Assembly (NCBI RefSeq): GCF_000981445.1
Contig: NC_027217.1
Coordinates: 1,798,001-1,862,000 of the forward strand
DNA: 64,000 nt
Direction of reading: 5' to 3'
Source of the DNA: Babesia bigemina
Lineage: Eukaryota
Below the pieces are notes generated by a model that did not search any database, had not been told where the DNA came from, and saw only the letters and a list, made by a program, of their open reading frames with translations. The position numbers and the translations under genes are program-made. Positions 50,401 to 63,900 of this stretch are shown here, piece after piece. The first letter of the stretch is position 1, and every line of letters starts with the position of its first letter.

Positions 50401-53400
50401 CGTGCGGTAATGTGGGTAAATCCCTTGACTTTGAGCACTCCTCACCTGCATCGTACGTTGCCGATTCCAATATGCAAACTCTTGCTGTCGGCATTGAAAT
50501 ACGGCTCATTTGTCCTCGCATTCCTCAGACTTCAAAGCAGATGCACGGCAACTATACCTTTGATTATCTGTCACGTTTCGATGCGCGGTATTTGAATTTG
50601 TTGATTGCCGAATTGCTACCAGGGCCATTGAAGAGTTTGTTCTTGACGGAATCTGACATGGCTGAGCCTTTCTACGCTTGGATGGTCGACTTGATGTGTT
50701 TTAATGCCGAGCTGCGTAACCAGTTGCCGCTACAGAAGGCCATAAGGACACTTTCAGTACTTTTCATGCGTCTAAAGAAGAATTTAACCGCACAAAGTGT
50801 AAACGTGTTTGAATGCTGCGCCCGGATTCTTGCATCCTGCGCCGGGGTGAGACCGGCAGATGGGATCCCAGAACCCTTGGACATTGTTGGTTCGAAAGTC
50901 GACGCATTGATAGGGATAACAATTGAGCTGATGATAGATCTTATCGATACGTTTGACGAATTAATTCCCAGATTTGTGTCTATTTTATCCCAACATAGAG
51001 GCTTTATAGATGTGCTTTTGGGTAGACACAAAGAGGTCCTCTCCCTTGTTGTATGCTTGACGAATCACGTTGAACATCTGGCATTGATATGTTCATCGCT
51101 CATCGGGCCCGTTCTATTCCGTATATTCAGACTTCCTCCCACATCACAGCTCTTGGAACTGATGGATAATTTATACTGCAAATACGCGCCGTCATTGGTT
51201 AGCAGTTCGTCCCCTGGTGATACAGTGCTGGATTTGCTGATTGCCGAGGCTGGAGCCGTGTTGGTATGTATTAAAGACTACAAACCCATGGGCACTCACA
51301 TCATGAAAGCGATACTGCTGCTTCCCGTGAATGACGATCAGCGCCGCGCATGCTTGTCGATTTTGTTGTCCAACTTGCCAAATGTGAGGAAGTACACTGC
51401 ACATAAAACCGCAAAGGAGGCTTCAATGAACGATCAAATTCAGGATTTACGCCGTTTGCTGGATTGTTTGAAGTTGTGCGTTTCTCTGTTAAGCGGCGAT
51501 GATGAGCCCACCATTAACGCAATATGGGATTTTGCGAACGACTGCCTATTTCACATAAACGATTTGTATTGCAGGCGTTTATGCTGCGAGGTTTTGTCAT
51601 CCTTACCAGTGGAGGATATAAGTCTGGAGTCTGTTTGTGCTCATTTGCATAGCATGAACTACTCAAACAACAACAGCATAGATGCGAAGATCGATTTCGA
51701 CTCCAACTGCGACCATTTAACTTCACTAGCGATGGAGTTCGAAGAACAAACGCCCTCTCCCAAGGTGGTGCTAAGCGCGTTGTCACACGCTCTATTCGTG
51801 CTGCTTATTGGACACAAGGAGCCGGGTTTGCGTCGTTCTGTGTTGACATTCACGTCGTGCGTGATTGGCATTATACATAGATCGATGCGTAATGGTAATG
51901 CAGCAGATCCAGTCGATGAGCTGCCAAATCAGGCAAACTGTGATTATATCGACACAAGCAGCTTGCCATACAGCGCCCTCCTGTTGAAAGCCATATTCCC
52001 TTTTGTAAGACGGTGTCTAGGGGGTGCGCATTTAAGAGAATCATTGTTTTACGTGTCTATTGAAGTTTTGGAGCAGTTCGGTGGGCGATTCTGCGAAGAT
52101 GTAGGCGCAAGAGGTTTGCTTACAGATTCTCTTCACAGTGATTTGTGCAATGTTGAGGTCGTCGAATGTCTGAGCAAATTACGAAACGTGCACAAGTACA
52201 CGCGTAATGAGGGGCTGAAACAACTTTCTGATCTGCTTTCGCGTGATGTGGTTTTCTCGCCGGATACTACTTACCGATTCCTGGTTCCAATGTGCATTCA
52301 GTTCTTAACGCAAAGCCAATCACCAGGATATGGTTTGTTCTGCGAGAATGCTCGTAAATGTTTGATTTCGTGCGGAGGAAAGCTGTCGGGGAGTACGTTG
52401 TTAAAATTCTTACGACAGCTCATTGAGGTGTACGATCGCCATCAGGTAACGCCCACTCTCCATGTTTTTTCTGGTGTTCTGCAAGCTTTACCAGTAACCG
52501 GTGATGGCAGCGAATCCGGGTTTTTGTGTGGCCAAGACTCTGACAACGACGACTCACAATGGATGGTTCACAAGTTCCGTGGCATGTTGGCACGCTCGCA
52601 GCCAGACGGCGATGATATACCCTGCGTGGAGGCGTATGAGGCGTTAGGTTCGTTGCTGTGCCACCACAGCAAACGTGACCGTGACAGGGAGGTAATTAAG
52701 TATTGCCGAATAATTTGCAAGTCCTTATGTTCTAGGGGTCGTGATCCGAGGCGTTACGGCCGTCAGGCTCTTAAGAAGTTCCTGCACTGCATGGGATTTT
52801 GTTATTTTCCCACCGTGTTGAAGGAGTTATCGTCAAATCTTACCCGTGGATTTCAACTGTACGTTTTGATTTTCACGACCCACTCCCTCCTGTCGTCCTT
52901 TGCTATTTCTGACTCGTCGCTGAAGATTAGAAGCGGTGATGATTTGGATTTAATATTTCGTATGATTACAACTGAGATGCTCGTTAAGCATGAGAAACAA
53001 GACACTGCGTCTAAAATTGATGAGGAACGGCAATCTAAGTCGTCAAGTCTTCTTGAGTTGCTGAGTGAGTTCGGCGACATCGGTGTTTGCCTTGACATAT
53101 GTCGTTACCTCTGGTCTCTTCTGAAAGGTTCCTGTAACATGCCTCCCGATTCTAGCTTCGAATACTCCAACACGTTTCTGAGAAATGTGGATAATTTGAT
53201 GTCGTGCTGCGTTCGTGGCTTTACTGCCAACAAGCATGTGGACCTCTATTGCCTGGCGAGCGTGCTCTTTTATGGTTTTTTGCCATCGGTCAAAGGGGTA
53301 CCGGCGCTCATAAAGAAAGAACTGCCGTCGCACATATCATCGGAATACACGCGCGTAATATGCAACGTCGGCAACTATTTCAAATCTTTCTCCGACACCG

Positions 53401-55574
53401 AAGCGCCCCCTGTCACGTCCAGCAAGCAACCCGAATCCACGGCCATATCAAATACCAAAAAGGAAGAGTACTACACCCTTTATCCCGGTGCATCCACTGG
53501 ACGTTCTCTGGCTAAAGCTAAGAAGATGGGCTTTGATGATCATATACTGTCTCCACTTTTTGTCAATGCTGCCTTACGGCTGTACGGCAGGGTGTTGTCG
53601 ACCCCCGAGAATGTGTTTTTCTCAAGCGAAAATACCAAAGGGGACTGTCAATTAGAGCCAATAGTTTCTCCCGATTGCGTTACCTCAGCCTCCAATATTG
53701 CAGGCACCACGACAGCTTTTGTGATCCTTATATGTTTTTTGTGCGACGATGTGACTCTCCAGAGGTCTTCGGTGTCGTGTCTGTTTCACTTATGCAGTGA
53801 TTCTGGCAGATTTATGGATATGTGCGGGTCGGTTCTGGCAGATAGCTTGGTGAAACGCCTGGGCACGTTGCACTTTGTTGGTTCGGAGGACATGGTAAAA
53901 GACTACTTGCGTTTAGTGGGTAACTTTTTACAATCCCGATCACACAATATCCTCTTTAACGCTTGGAAAAAATCGGGGAGGTCTAACGAGCTCGTTGCAG
54001 GGCTTTTGCTTCAAATAGAGGCAAATCTGGACCGGCCTGGGTTACAAAGTGCTCTTTTGAAGCTGTTCAATCGTCTGGTAGTGATGGAGGTGTCAATTTC
54101 GCGTGCACAGAAGACTTTGTATGAGGTATTTCAGGAAGTGTTCATCAGGATGTTAAAGGGCGCTTTAACTCCTTCCGCAATGCGGCTTTCGTCTCGCGCA
54201 GTAGCCCAGTTTCTTACCATTGTGCCAATGGAAGAGTCTAATCGGTCCAAAAGGTTCGGCTTACTTCTGAAGCATGTTACATCTTCCATCTCGTTGGTCC
54301 GTTTAACGGTGTTGCAATGCCTGCACCAGCTGTTGAAGAACCTAACGAAAAAGGGGAGTTGGAAACGTTACAGTGAGCTGGTCGGCGTGGGTGTCGCAAT
54401 GCAGCTTTTGAGCGAGTCCGACCTGCAATGCAAGCGTGTCATGGCCAACATAATATCGCTAATTTGGCGTGAAAGCCCTGTTGACCAAAAGCGAGGTTTG
54501 TTGGAGTGTCTCGCTTATTTCTTGGGTAATTCCTCTGGATGTAAGGATGCGGCGTACGCTTACTTCCTGTTTCACTGTTTGTCGAATGAAACCAGCATTT
54601 CTTGGATACGCAAAAGTCGAGTTTTGGATTTGTCGAGTGGCTTCCTTGGGTTGTTGGAGGACTTGAGTTGCGTCAAACCCAGTGGCCCCGAATGGCAGGC
54701 GCCGTATTATTGGCTGCGGATACTGTGCCACATTTTAAGCAGCTGCCAAAACTTTGATTTTTTGTTTGCAGTGAAGTGCAATCCGCCCGCAGATGACCCC
54801 ACCTCGATTGTTATGAACAAGGTTTGGGTCTACACGATCAAGTTTGGCGTTAGATCCAGTCATCCATGGATTCGAGCTGCATCACTTCGAGTATTGACGC
54901 TTGTATTGAATAACCGCGCTGCGTACGACAGCATCCAAGGAGACCCAGAATGCAACATTTATGGCATAGCACGGCCCTGCCTGAAATTGCTTTCCATAGA
55001 GACCGGTATGGTAGAACGACATGAAAAGGTGGCAACAGCGTTAGAATCATGCCTGCAAGGTATCGTCCATCAGACGCTTTCGCGTGCTTCTAAGACCGAT
55101 TCGAGTATCGCCCGAGTGGTATCTAAGGTTTGCTATAATTTGCGCCTGTGTCTGGGCAAGTCTCGCCACTGCTGCCGACGCATCGATATTTTGATGTCGC
55201 TGCTTCGTGAGTACACAAGTAGCACGCGCGCGTTTGAAAGTTTTCTTAGGGCAACGTTGTTGCGTGTTATGATTGCATTGACCCGCGCTACAAAATGTGA
55301 TGTCTACATTTCTCGATCAGAAGGTGAAGAGAGTGTGTCAGACGAAGGAACAGCGGTTAAGCGCAGATCAATGGCTTCGGGAATCGCAAGAGAGATTTTG
55401 TCGACCATAGAGTCTCATTTCCGTTCGGTGAACGACAGCGGCGAATATTTGAAGCTTCTAAGTTTTGCTCAAGACTTCGTTTCGCGGCGGCGTATTTTAA
55501 GGATGTCTAAAACTTCGTCAAGCCATGCCGGCGGTGGTCGGCGTGTGTCTAAGAAACGTAAGAGACATCAATGA
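47483..55574 (+). CDS. UTP20: U3 snoRNP / SSU processome component UTP20 (DRIM)
   Basis: Very large HEAT-like protein (2466-aa terminal ORF plus small 5' exons). N-terminal GKFKFESASKR, LKELSSNLTRGFQLYVLIFTTHSLL, WQAPYY, HPWIRAASLRVL and a basic C-terminal NLS. Confidence 0.82.
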
Positions 55575-56067
55575 AATCATGTCCGTGTTGCACCGTGTGA
55601 ACGGCTATATAAATTGCGTCTGAAAAATGCGAAAGTTAAGCGCGTAATAACAGATTTAATGTAGTTTCAACGTTATTATAGCGCCGATATAGAAACATTA
55701 GTTAACCTCGGTTGACGATTTCCCACTCTAATGCCCACCTAAAAATGGATTGTGGCTGCCAAGACGTCTACGTGCTTAGCTTCGCGCTGTGTATACCCCG
55801 ATGCTTCGATTCCCTCTTTGCAATGCCTTTTAGACTGCATAAAAGCGACACATGATTCCCTTTTTAACTATCACGGTGCAGTTCCCAGCTCCGCCCAAGG
55901 GGTTTATGCCCTGTGCAGCACGGTAAATATAAACGGCTGCATTGATGGGCTTCACGGATTCAAGTTAATGCGAACATAACAGTTATTATATATGCGTTGT
56001 AATGGCTAATACTATAATTGATGTACTGCACTCCAGGAGTTCACACGCTCCAATGGTTGCAATGTCT

Positions 56068-57477
56068 CTACTGCACTAAACTGGAGGCAGTCTGCATTTG
56101 CCTCATTCTAAGGCTCTTTACGTTCATCATGTCCCTTATTTTAGACATCACCGCCTGCGTGTACCAGCCTGCATTCTTCATGATTGGAGATGGCCAGCAC
56201 TCACCAGTTGCCTTTGAGCATGTGTCAGTGGTATTTACTTCCATTTCTATCGATGTGTTATTAATGAGCTTCTGTATACCGGCGTCGAATATGTCGCATA
56301 ACTGGTAGAGCTGTGATGGCCTTGATGGCGGGGCTAGGAAATGGACCTCCGGGTTAAAATTGGGCATGCTCTTTACCGCTTCGGCGTATATTTCGTCGAG
56401 GGGCATAGGCATTGATTGCGCACCGCTTCCCTCACGGCCGGTGGTCTGCTTCTCAGTCTTCCAACTTATAGTTCTATAGTATGGGTCTCTGAAATCGATA
56501 ATCTGGGTTGCATGATTTGGCGTCGTAAGTGTGCTCAAACCTGATAAATTTTGGAATCTGGATCCTTCCTTGGGTCATAACCAAGTTTACACATACATCC
56601 ACGCCACGGCCCATCTGATACATGTTTCGTGCCAACAAGTGTTTCTCACCTGCAAAAATATAACATATGCGCGCAAAAGCATTTTTCTTTTTCCAGCTAG
56701 AAAATCTCGTTGCAAGGTACTCATCCATCGCAGTTCTGAGCCACACTTTTCTCTTGGTGAAGAGTTTTTTGAGTTCCATGATGAGGTCTCGGTCTGCGAA
56801 TGTTTTGTATAGTTTCACTGTTATCCTAACCAAGGGATGCATGCAGTGTCGATTCCAGTGGTTTTGTCGGTATTTCGGCATCGTCGAAATGAGCCACGGG
56901 GTTCAGCATGTGTGATGTCCGCTCCTTGAGACCCTTCTTGCTGGAGGATGAATTTTTTAGTGTGTCTTTAAATATGTTAGCGATATATGCGGTTTTTGTG
57001 AAGAATGGTGGCAGCAATTCATAGCCTTGATTCAGCACGTTGGAAGCACCTTCCTCATCTGTCACTACGGGTAAATTCGCGATATGTAAAAAGTCCGCCG
57101 GTTGGTTGAAGGTGAAGATGCTGCTTACTTTGCCCATAATTTCAGTGGTTTGCTCGCCGTTCGACCATTTTTTCAGCTTTACAAGCAGCCCACAGGGTTT
57201 TCCGTTAGGATTATGAGTGGCGCTAACGAAGCACCGGCTTGGGTGTACTCCCATGCTGAGCGCAATGTCTGCGTGTTTATTTTTTCAGTGTGGGCGGAAC
57301 GACCTTGGGTATTATTTAGTTGAGCAACTGCATCATTGCCTCCTAAAGCCGCAACTACTTCACTTCCATTGCACCTATTTTGTGATTTTCAGATTATGCG
57401 GTTAGTTCCTACCCAGCAGTGACATGCCCCGGTACTGCGACGATGGTCAACCTTCTGCATAAGTCAGTGACTTGCAT
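56068..57477 (-). CDS. GTF3C5: RNA polymerase III transcription factor IIIC subunit tau95 (TFC1/GTF3C5), multi-exon
   Basis: The spliced product has VPGHV...VAALGG, FTFNQPADF, LLPPFF, LFTKRKVWLR, YIFA-DGPWRG...LGYDPRKDPDSKIYQ-IIDFR and LYQLCDI, the Tau95 signature. Confidence 0.85.
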
Positions 57478-57909
57478 TGATGTCTATTGCACTACGTTAC
57501 AATAACTCAAGCTACTAATGTGCCGCTGCGTAATGTGGAGTAAAAGAAATTTGTGGAGTGTAGACAGCCCCTTATCATTGTGCTGCGCGTGTATAACCTG
57601 AACCTTTGCACGAAGCGTATCAGTTACACACTTTTGGCATTATTTTTTTACGTACAATTACCATCATTTGCGGACCCATATGCAATTGAATTGCTGCATG
57701 ATATGCAAGTTAGTACCGTTTTCTCTTACGTGTTTATCAAGTGATGTGTACATAGTTTTGAGCTTCACACATTGAATGTGTAGAGGTATGCGTATTCGTT
57801 TTAAGCCATATTTATTGTTAATGAAGTGAACTGCTTCGAATAGTTGTGGCATCGGCCGCAACTGGATAGGCCATCGATTCAGCAAGCATTTTCATCAACA
57901 CACGATAAG

Positions 57910-60900
57910 ATGTTAGCGTGCAAGCTGATCATTTTCGCCCTGTTTGGGCGGTTTGCGGTGGCGGAGTACTCTACAAGTTGGCTAGCTGCATTGGGATTTT
58001 TGCCTGGAAGGGAAGTCACCTTGGCCCCTCAGCGTAATGCTGATCCCTACACTGACGACAAGGTATCTTGGTGTGTCATGGGAATGAGCTGTTCTTTGAA
58101 GGAGGATGTAGACAAGTCCTATAGTAAGATGTCCCTCATTGTATCGAGGAGTGTGGCGCATCCTACTAATCACCCGTATTATACGGCGTATATCGTAAAG
58201 GGCAAAGATCCCAACGCGGCTAGGAGCCGTGTTATCGCGTTGTACAATGGTCCGGAAACAACGGTGAGCACCGACCGTGACAGAACGATTAAACAGAACC
58301 AAATCAGTCTACGTTACACTTCACAGGCTTACAATGGGTCTCACCCTTTGTCAGGCCTTGCGAACTACGGCAATGAAATGCTTCACATCGTATTTACACG
58401 ATATACGTATAGTTCTAAAAACTATGAACAGTTGGCAAAGTTTTACTTGATGAAGGCGCCTTCTGATGTATCTTATCAAGTCGACATAAATGGTGAGGTG
58501 CGTGTGGTGATGAAGGATTTCGCTCCTGGGCCACTAATTTTTCTTGGGTGCAATCTTTCCCGTGTCAGATTCCCACAACGGTTTCTGTTAATCATGCCAA
58601 CAGTGAGTTGCGGTGCCGACAGAGTTGCCGTTGGTCAGATCGGCCCGGTGTACGAAATGCTTCCTAGAGCGGACATCTTCTATCTCTACATGTTCATCAT
58701 ACCGCAGCGTTCGGAAGATATGGGTGGTGAAATAGGCAGAATTAGTCTGTGCAACCCACATAAAGTCAAAAGGATTGAAGTGGAAGTTGAAAAGGAGTCA
58801 CTCACTGTTTCAGTTTACGGCATTAACATCGAGGATTACAGGGCAACCTTTGCTATTTTATCCGTCACCAATATTTATGGCACTCAGACCGCATGTGGTG
58901 CTACCGATGCCGAATGGTACCATCTGGATTTAAAGGTAACCTATCGCGGTATCAAAAAGGCTGATTATTTCTTCGAATTCGATGTACCTTTGCAGTATGC
59001 AGGGGAGCGGGTCTTGCTTTGCGGTACGCTGGGCCGTAATACGTCAAATATAGCAACGTATACTATGCCTGTCAGGCACCTCACCCTTACTAAAGAACCT
59101 TTCATTGGTTCTTTCAGTTTGATAAACGTTGATGCGCTGGGCCGTGCTAGCATTGCTTCAAGGCGCCGCATGCACCCAATGAGTGAGATGCGTCTGTCCA
59201 AAGCAGATGATTCTGTGTTGGCCCGGGGTATCTCGTATGAATACGATAAACTTGCGGAACTTGTACTCCCGTTTGAGCGGACTCTGGCATATGATTTGGG
59301 TGTAATGGATAAATTGGGTGACACTGCATTGAGCCCATCGGCAATTCTTCGTCGGGTTCAAAGTTACTCCTCCTTGCCGTCAAATTCAGCGCGATATTTG
59401 GCATTTCCGCCTGCCATATCTCATAGGGTTGGTAATAAGTCATACTGGTCAACAAAGGTGCATTTTTTCCCCAAGTTGTTGTTATCCGTGGACACTGTAT
59501 ACAAAATCACTGCTTGCGATCGTTGGCGCCATCCGTTTTGTTTATCAGAATCTGATTTCGACACTGATGTTGGATATTTACTGCCTAATCCTTTTGTACA
59601 CTCGAGGTTCAAAGCGAAGTGGGAGGATGGCACCATAGTATTATTTTTAAGCACCAGTGCTTACTACCCGGTCGTACCGCATATCATATTGGTGAAGATG
59701 AACGTGGGAAGCATCATTGACTATGACATGTTGTGTAACAGGTCCCCTTCCATTCCAGTGCAGTGTATTATAAGCGGGCGCATGCGTGATAACAAGGGTG
59801 GAAAACAGGCCCCTAAAAATGCAGTCGAAATGCTTTTCACTCATAGGTATGAAGTAGTTGGGCTGGAAGCAGGTTACAATTACGCTTTATGCTATAGTTT
59901 TGAAGGTCGCCGTCATATGTCACACGGCGACCCCACCTCTGCAAAGATACTGTCGAACTCAAGGCCTCCCGTGCATGCACAGTTTACGTTCTTGACGACG
60001 CTGAATCCCTACGAAATCGAGCGCAATCAGCGTACAACGTATCGCTCTAAAGGTGATAAGGATGGTCCAGTTTTTTCTACAAGGGGCCTCCTTGAGTCCA
60101 TCAAGGTTAGAGCGGTGTACATGTCGGAAGATCTGAAGTATGATTGCTCTAACATCTACAGCCACCTTTCTAAAGCGCCGTCCCAGAAGAGAGTGCACGT
60201 TGAATTAAAGCCCAAGACGACCGAATCGTTGTTCTGGTTACGCACGCAGAAGGAAGCTGTGGCCCCAAAGACAGTTGTACCTTTGCCTTTGGGATTTTGG
60301 CTGAAGATGGATAACAAGTTCTGGAAGTACAAAAGCTCTCGTCTCAATTACAACGACGTTATAGAAGGGACGAAGAGCTTATACAAGGTTTGCGTATGTT
60401 ACGAGGATCATTGTACCAGTGTTGGTAACATGGCGTACTCTCAGGATCGGATTTTTGACATTACATCTATAAGCCAAGCGTCTATGCTTTCGCGTATAGT
60501 AGTAGGCAAGAAGGTGTGCGTGTATGGCGGTCGTGATTTGCGATGCTATGATAATACAGGTAGCTTAAAATCGATGTTAACAACGCCGATCAAATTCAAG
60601 TCATTGAAAGGTGTGATATCGTGTGTTCTTTTCCGGCATTCCGACAATGCTATGCTGGTGGTGAAGGATTACGAGCTGTTGATTTATGACGCGGACTTCA
60701 AAACTCGCAGCGTGGTGAGTATTCCGACCGGCATAGACAAGATCTTCTCCTTTCCAAAAATTACATTCGTTGCACTGGTGGATGGTTTCGTCTACTTCAT
60801 CAAAAGCGATCAAGCTCTGGATATCAAAACAACGGCCAAAGAACTAACGGAAGATGCTGAGGAGGGTATCACTTTGGCAGAGATGGACCACACTGCGATA

Positions 60901-63900
60901 CCGCAAGATATTTCGCCTGATGGATTATCGGATGATTCCGTATCTCTCCGGCCTGCATTCTTATCAGAGGGCACGCTTCTGGATGACACAAATGGCGAAA
61001 CCCCAGAACAAACTGAGAGTGCAACGTTCTTGAAGGTTTCGGAATCAACCATGGTGAAATTGTTAGGTGCCAGTGGCCGTATTCTGAGGCTGGAAATTAT
61101 CCCTTCGGAGGATGAGGGATCCTACAGGCTGTTCTACATCGACGAGTCTCTCATGTTGCATTACAGCATCGGGACGCTAGCAGAAGACGCGGGCGTCGTT
61201 CGCATGGACACAAAAATCCTATACAGCGTCTCCATTACTGCTTTTTTGGACATCCCACAAGATCGCTATTTGACATTAAAGGCATTTCCGGCACGTAGCG
61301 CTGAAGTCGCTGCTACCTCGGTGTTGGTTCACAGTTATGGTTACCCCAAAGTGGCGACATTCCTGGTGACGGGGAATAAATTGGAATTTTATGGCCACAT
61401 GTCCACAACGTCGAAGCTCGTTGATTTCGCCGTTAACAAGGATCGTTTGGTTGGGTTAACCCTTGAGATTTCACCTAAAGGTGAGATATCCCAATCGCTC
61501 GTGGAGGTGAAGTTCAGTAGCATCATGAAAACCACGCTCAACTACACCAATATTCCACCGACTTTGCGTCTGGGTGTGGAATATTCTTTCGAACCCACGA
61601 CTCTTCCGTATCGTCTTTTGCATTACTCCACGCAGCACGTGGATATTTTCAAGCAGCTTGGGCTGAATCTGGATGCGCGAACAGGACGTATATACGGTAC
61701 CCCACAAACGTATGGTAACTTCACTGTGAAAGTGAAAGGTGAAGGCCTGTTTTCCTCCACCTTTGTGGAACAATATTTGGTTGTTGCGTGTAGCGTAGGC
61801 CATATGTATGATAGCTCGACAAAGCAATGCAAGCCGTGTGACGTAGGAACGTATTGGGAAGACGATGCGTCCCATGGTTCGTGCAAGCCGTGCAACGAGT
61901 TTATGAAAAACAGCTCCACGAAAGAAGCTGGATCGATATCCACTGCGAGCTGCATTTGTAAGCCAGGATGGTTCCTAAAAGACCGGGAGTGCCATGCGTG
62001 TCCGCAGGGATCTACATCGGCTGTGTACGGTTCGCTAACGTGCCCAATAGTCGGGTACATAGGGGAGGACGGTCGTGTGATCAGTGGAGCCGAATCCTTG
62101 GTTGTAACTTGCGAAAGAGGTGAGTATCTGAAAGGTGATAAGTGCCTGCCTTGTGAGGTTGGCTCATATTGCCACGGTGGCAATGCGCAGCCGATTCGCT
62201 GCAGCGCCGGAATGACAACGGAGAAGCCTGGTGCAGGTGCGTATACGGATTGCATGTGCAACGCGGGGTACGAATGGGTTGGAGGCCGTTGCATTGCGTG
62301 CAGCCGGACCTCTTACAAGGAGGAGATAGGTAATACCCGTTGCACGCGGTGCAGGACGGCTGCCAGCGCGAGCGGCGTGCTTTACACCCCGCACGTCGGC
62401 GCAACGTCAAGGCGCCAGTGTGAGTACTGCAATGAAGGGTTCTACCACGATGTGAATAAGGTGTCTTGTGTGCCTTGCCCTGTGGATTCGTATTGCGCCG
62501 GTAGCGGTACCATCCCTGTGTTCTGCCCAAGCAACACCGTCACTAATGGCACCAACGCTAGCAGCCGCAATGACTGTTTGTGCGCAAAGGGTTACGGATA
62601 CGGGACAGCAACTCGATTCATCATGTCTTACGACAACGCGTGCACTTCGTGTCCCATCAACACCTTCCAGCATATCAACGGTGCGGGAACGCAGTGTTTA
62701 CCTTGCCCGCGAAACACCTACACTGCGTCGATTGGCGCCGCTTCGTTGGGAGAGTGTTTGCCCGAGCCCGGATATTACAGCCCATATGGTAGAAGCGTAA
62801 AGGGTGTGATTTCACAGTTAGAGTCAATAGATTTCAAAACGCTGGGAAGTTCTTCGTTCGTGAAATGCAGCGCTGACGTACGTTTTGATGCCCCGTTTTC
62901 GATCACAGTTATGACGCGATCCTTGCTTTCATGTGTTGATCTGTGTAGGAACAACGTGTACTGCCGTTACGTTCACTATGGAGAGAGGTTGGGCGGGATG
63001 CAACACACCGAGCCGCAGCTGGTGGCGTACTCGTCCAAGGTTTACCACCCATGCAAGCTGATAATGTCGTACGAGAGATTCCACGTACCGGACTTATCTG
63101 CACATTCTTTCAAGGTTATGGATAGGAAAACGCACCGTTACAATGTTCTTTGCGAAATTGAGCGCCCGAAACTCGCCTCGATCCCGAACGTGTTCTCGGT
63201 GTTGAAATGCCCGATGAACTACTATTGCCCTGGTGGTGAGAAATTCAGCAGCTTCCGGTGCCCTGAAAATTCCATGACTCTCACAACAGGCGCCTATCAC
63301 AGCGGCCATTGTCTCTGCATGCCCGGATTCGAGCTCTCCAACAGCGCAAGCATAAGTTCGTGCGTCCCATGCAAAGAAGGATTTTACAAAGAGAGCATGT
63401 CGAACGCTCCTTGCACTGCTTGTCCAGCTAAGATGACAACATTTGGGAAGGGTGCTGTTTCTGCCACCCAATGTGTTTGCTCTGTTGGTTTTTTCGCCTA
63501 CCCCAGCTCCGAAAAGCCTCAGGCAACATTGCCAGCACTTGTTCCAACATCGGGTTTGCCTATGGTGCGCAATGCGTCTGTGTTGACAGACTTTGTGATC
63601 GCTACGTTCAACTACTTTGGTAGTACAAATAGCACGGATGCGTTGAAGAATTTCGAATGTAATGCATGCCCCGAAGGCTACGTGTGCCCCGGTAAGTGGC
63701 TCCCGCACATGGCTTTCACAATTCACCATCCTCCCATTTCGTGTCCGTATGGTTCATCTGTGCCATATGTTTCTCATAATGTGAATTCGGTGGGCAAATG
63801 CATGTGTAAACCGGGTTACGGTTCCGGTAACGCATTTGGTGACGGTATCGTTCTGTCTTGTCGGAAATGCGCACGGGGTACATTCAGTGAAACGTTTAAC

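Noticed and set aside
57982..63729. Minus-strand and short alternate-frame ORFs in the last 6 kb
   Set aside because: Shadows of the long + strand CRMP-like reading frame.
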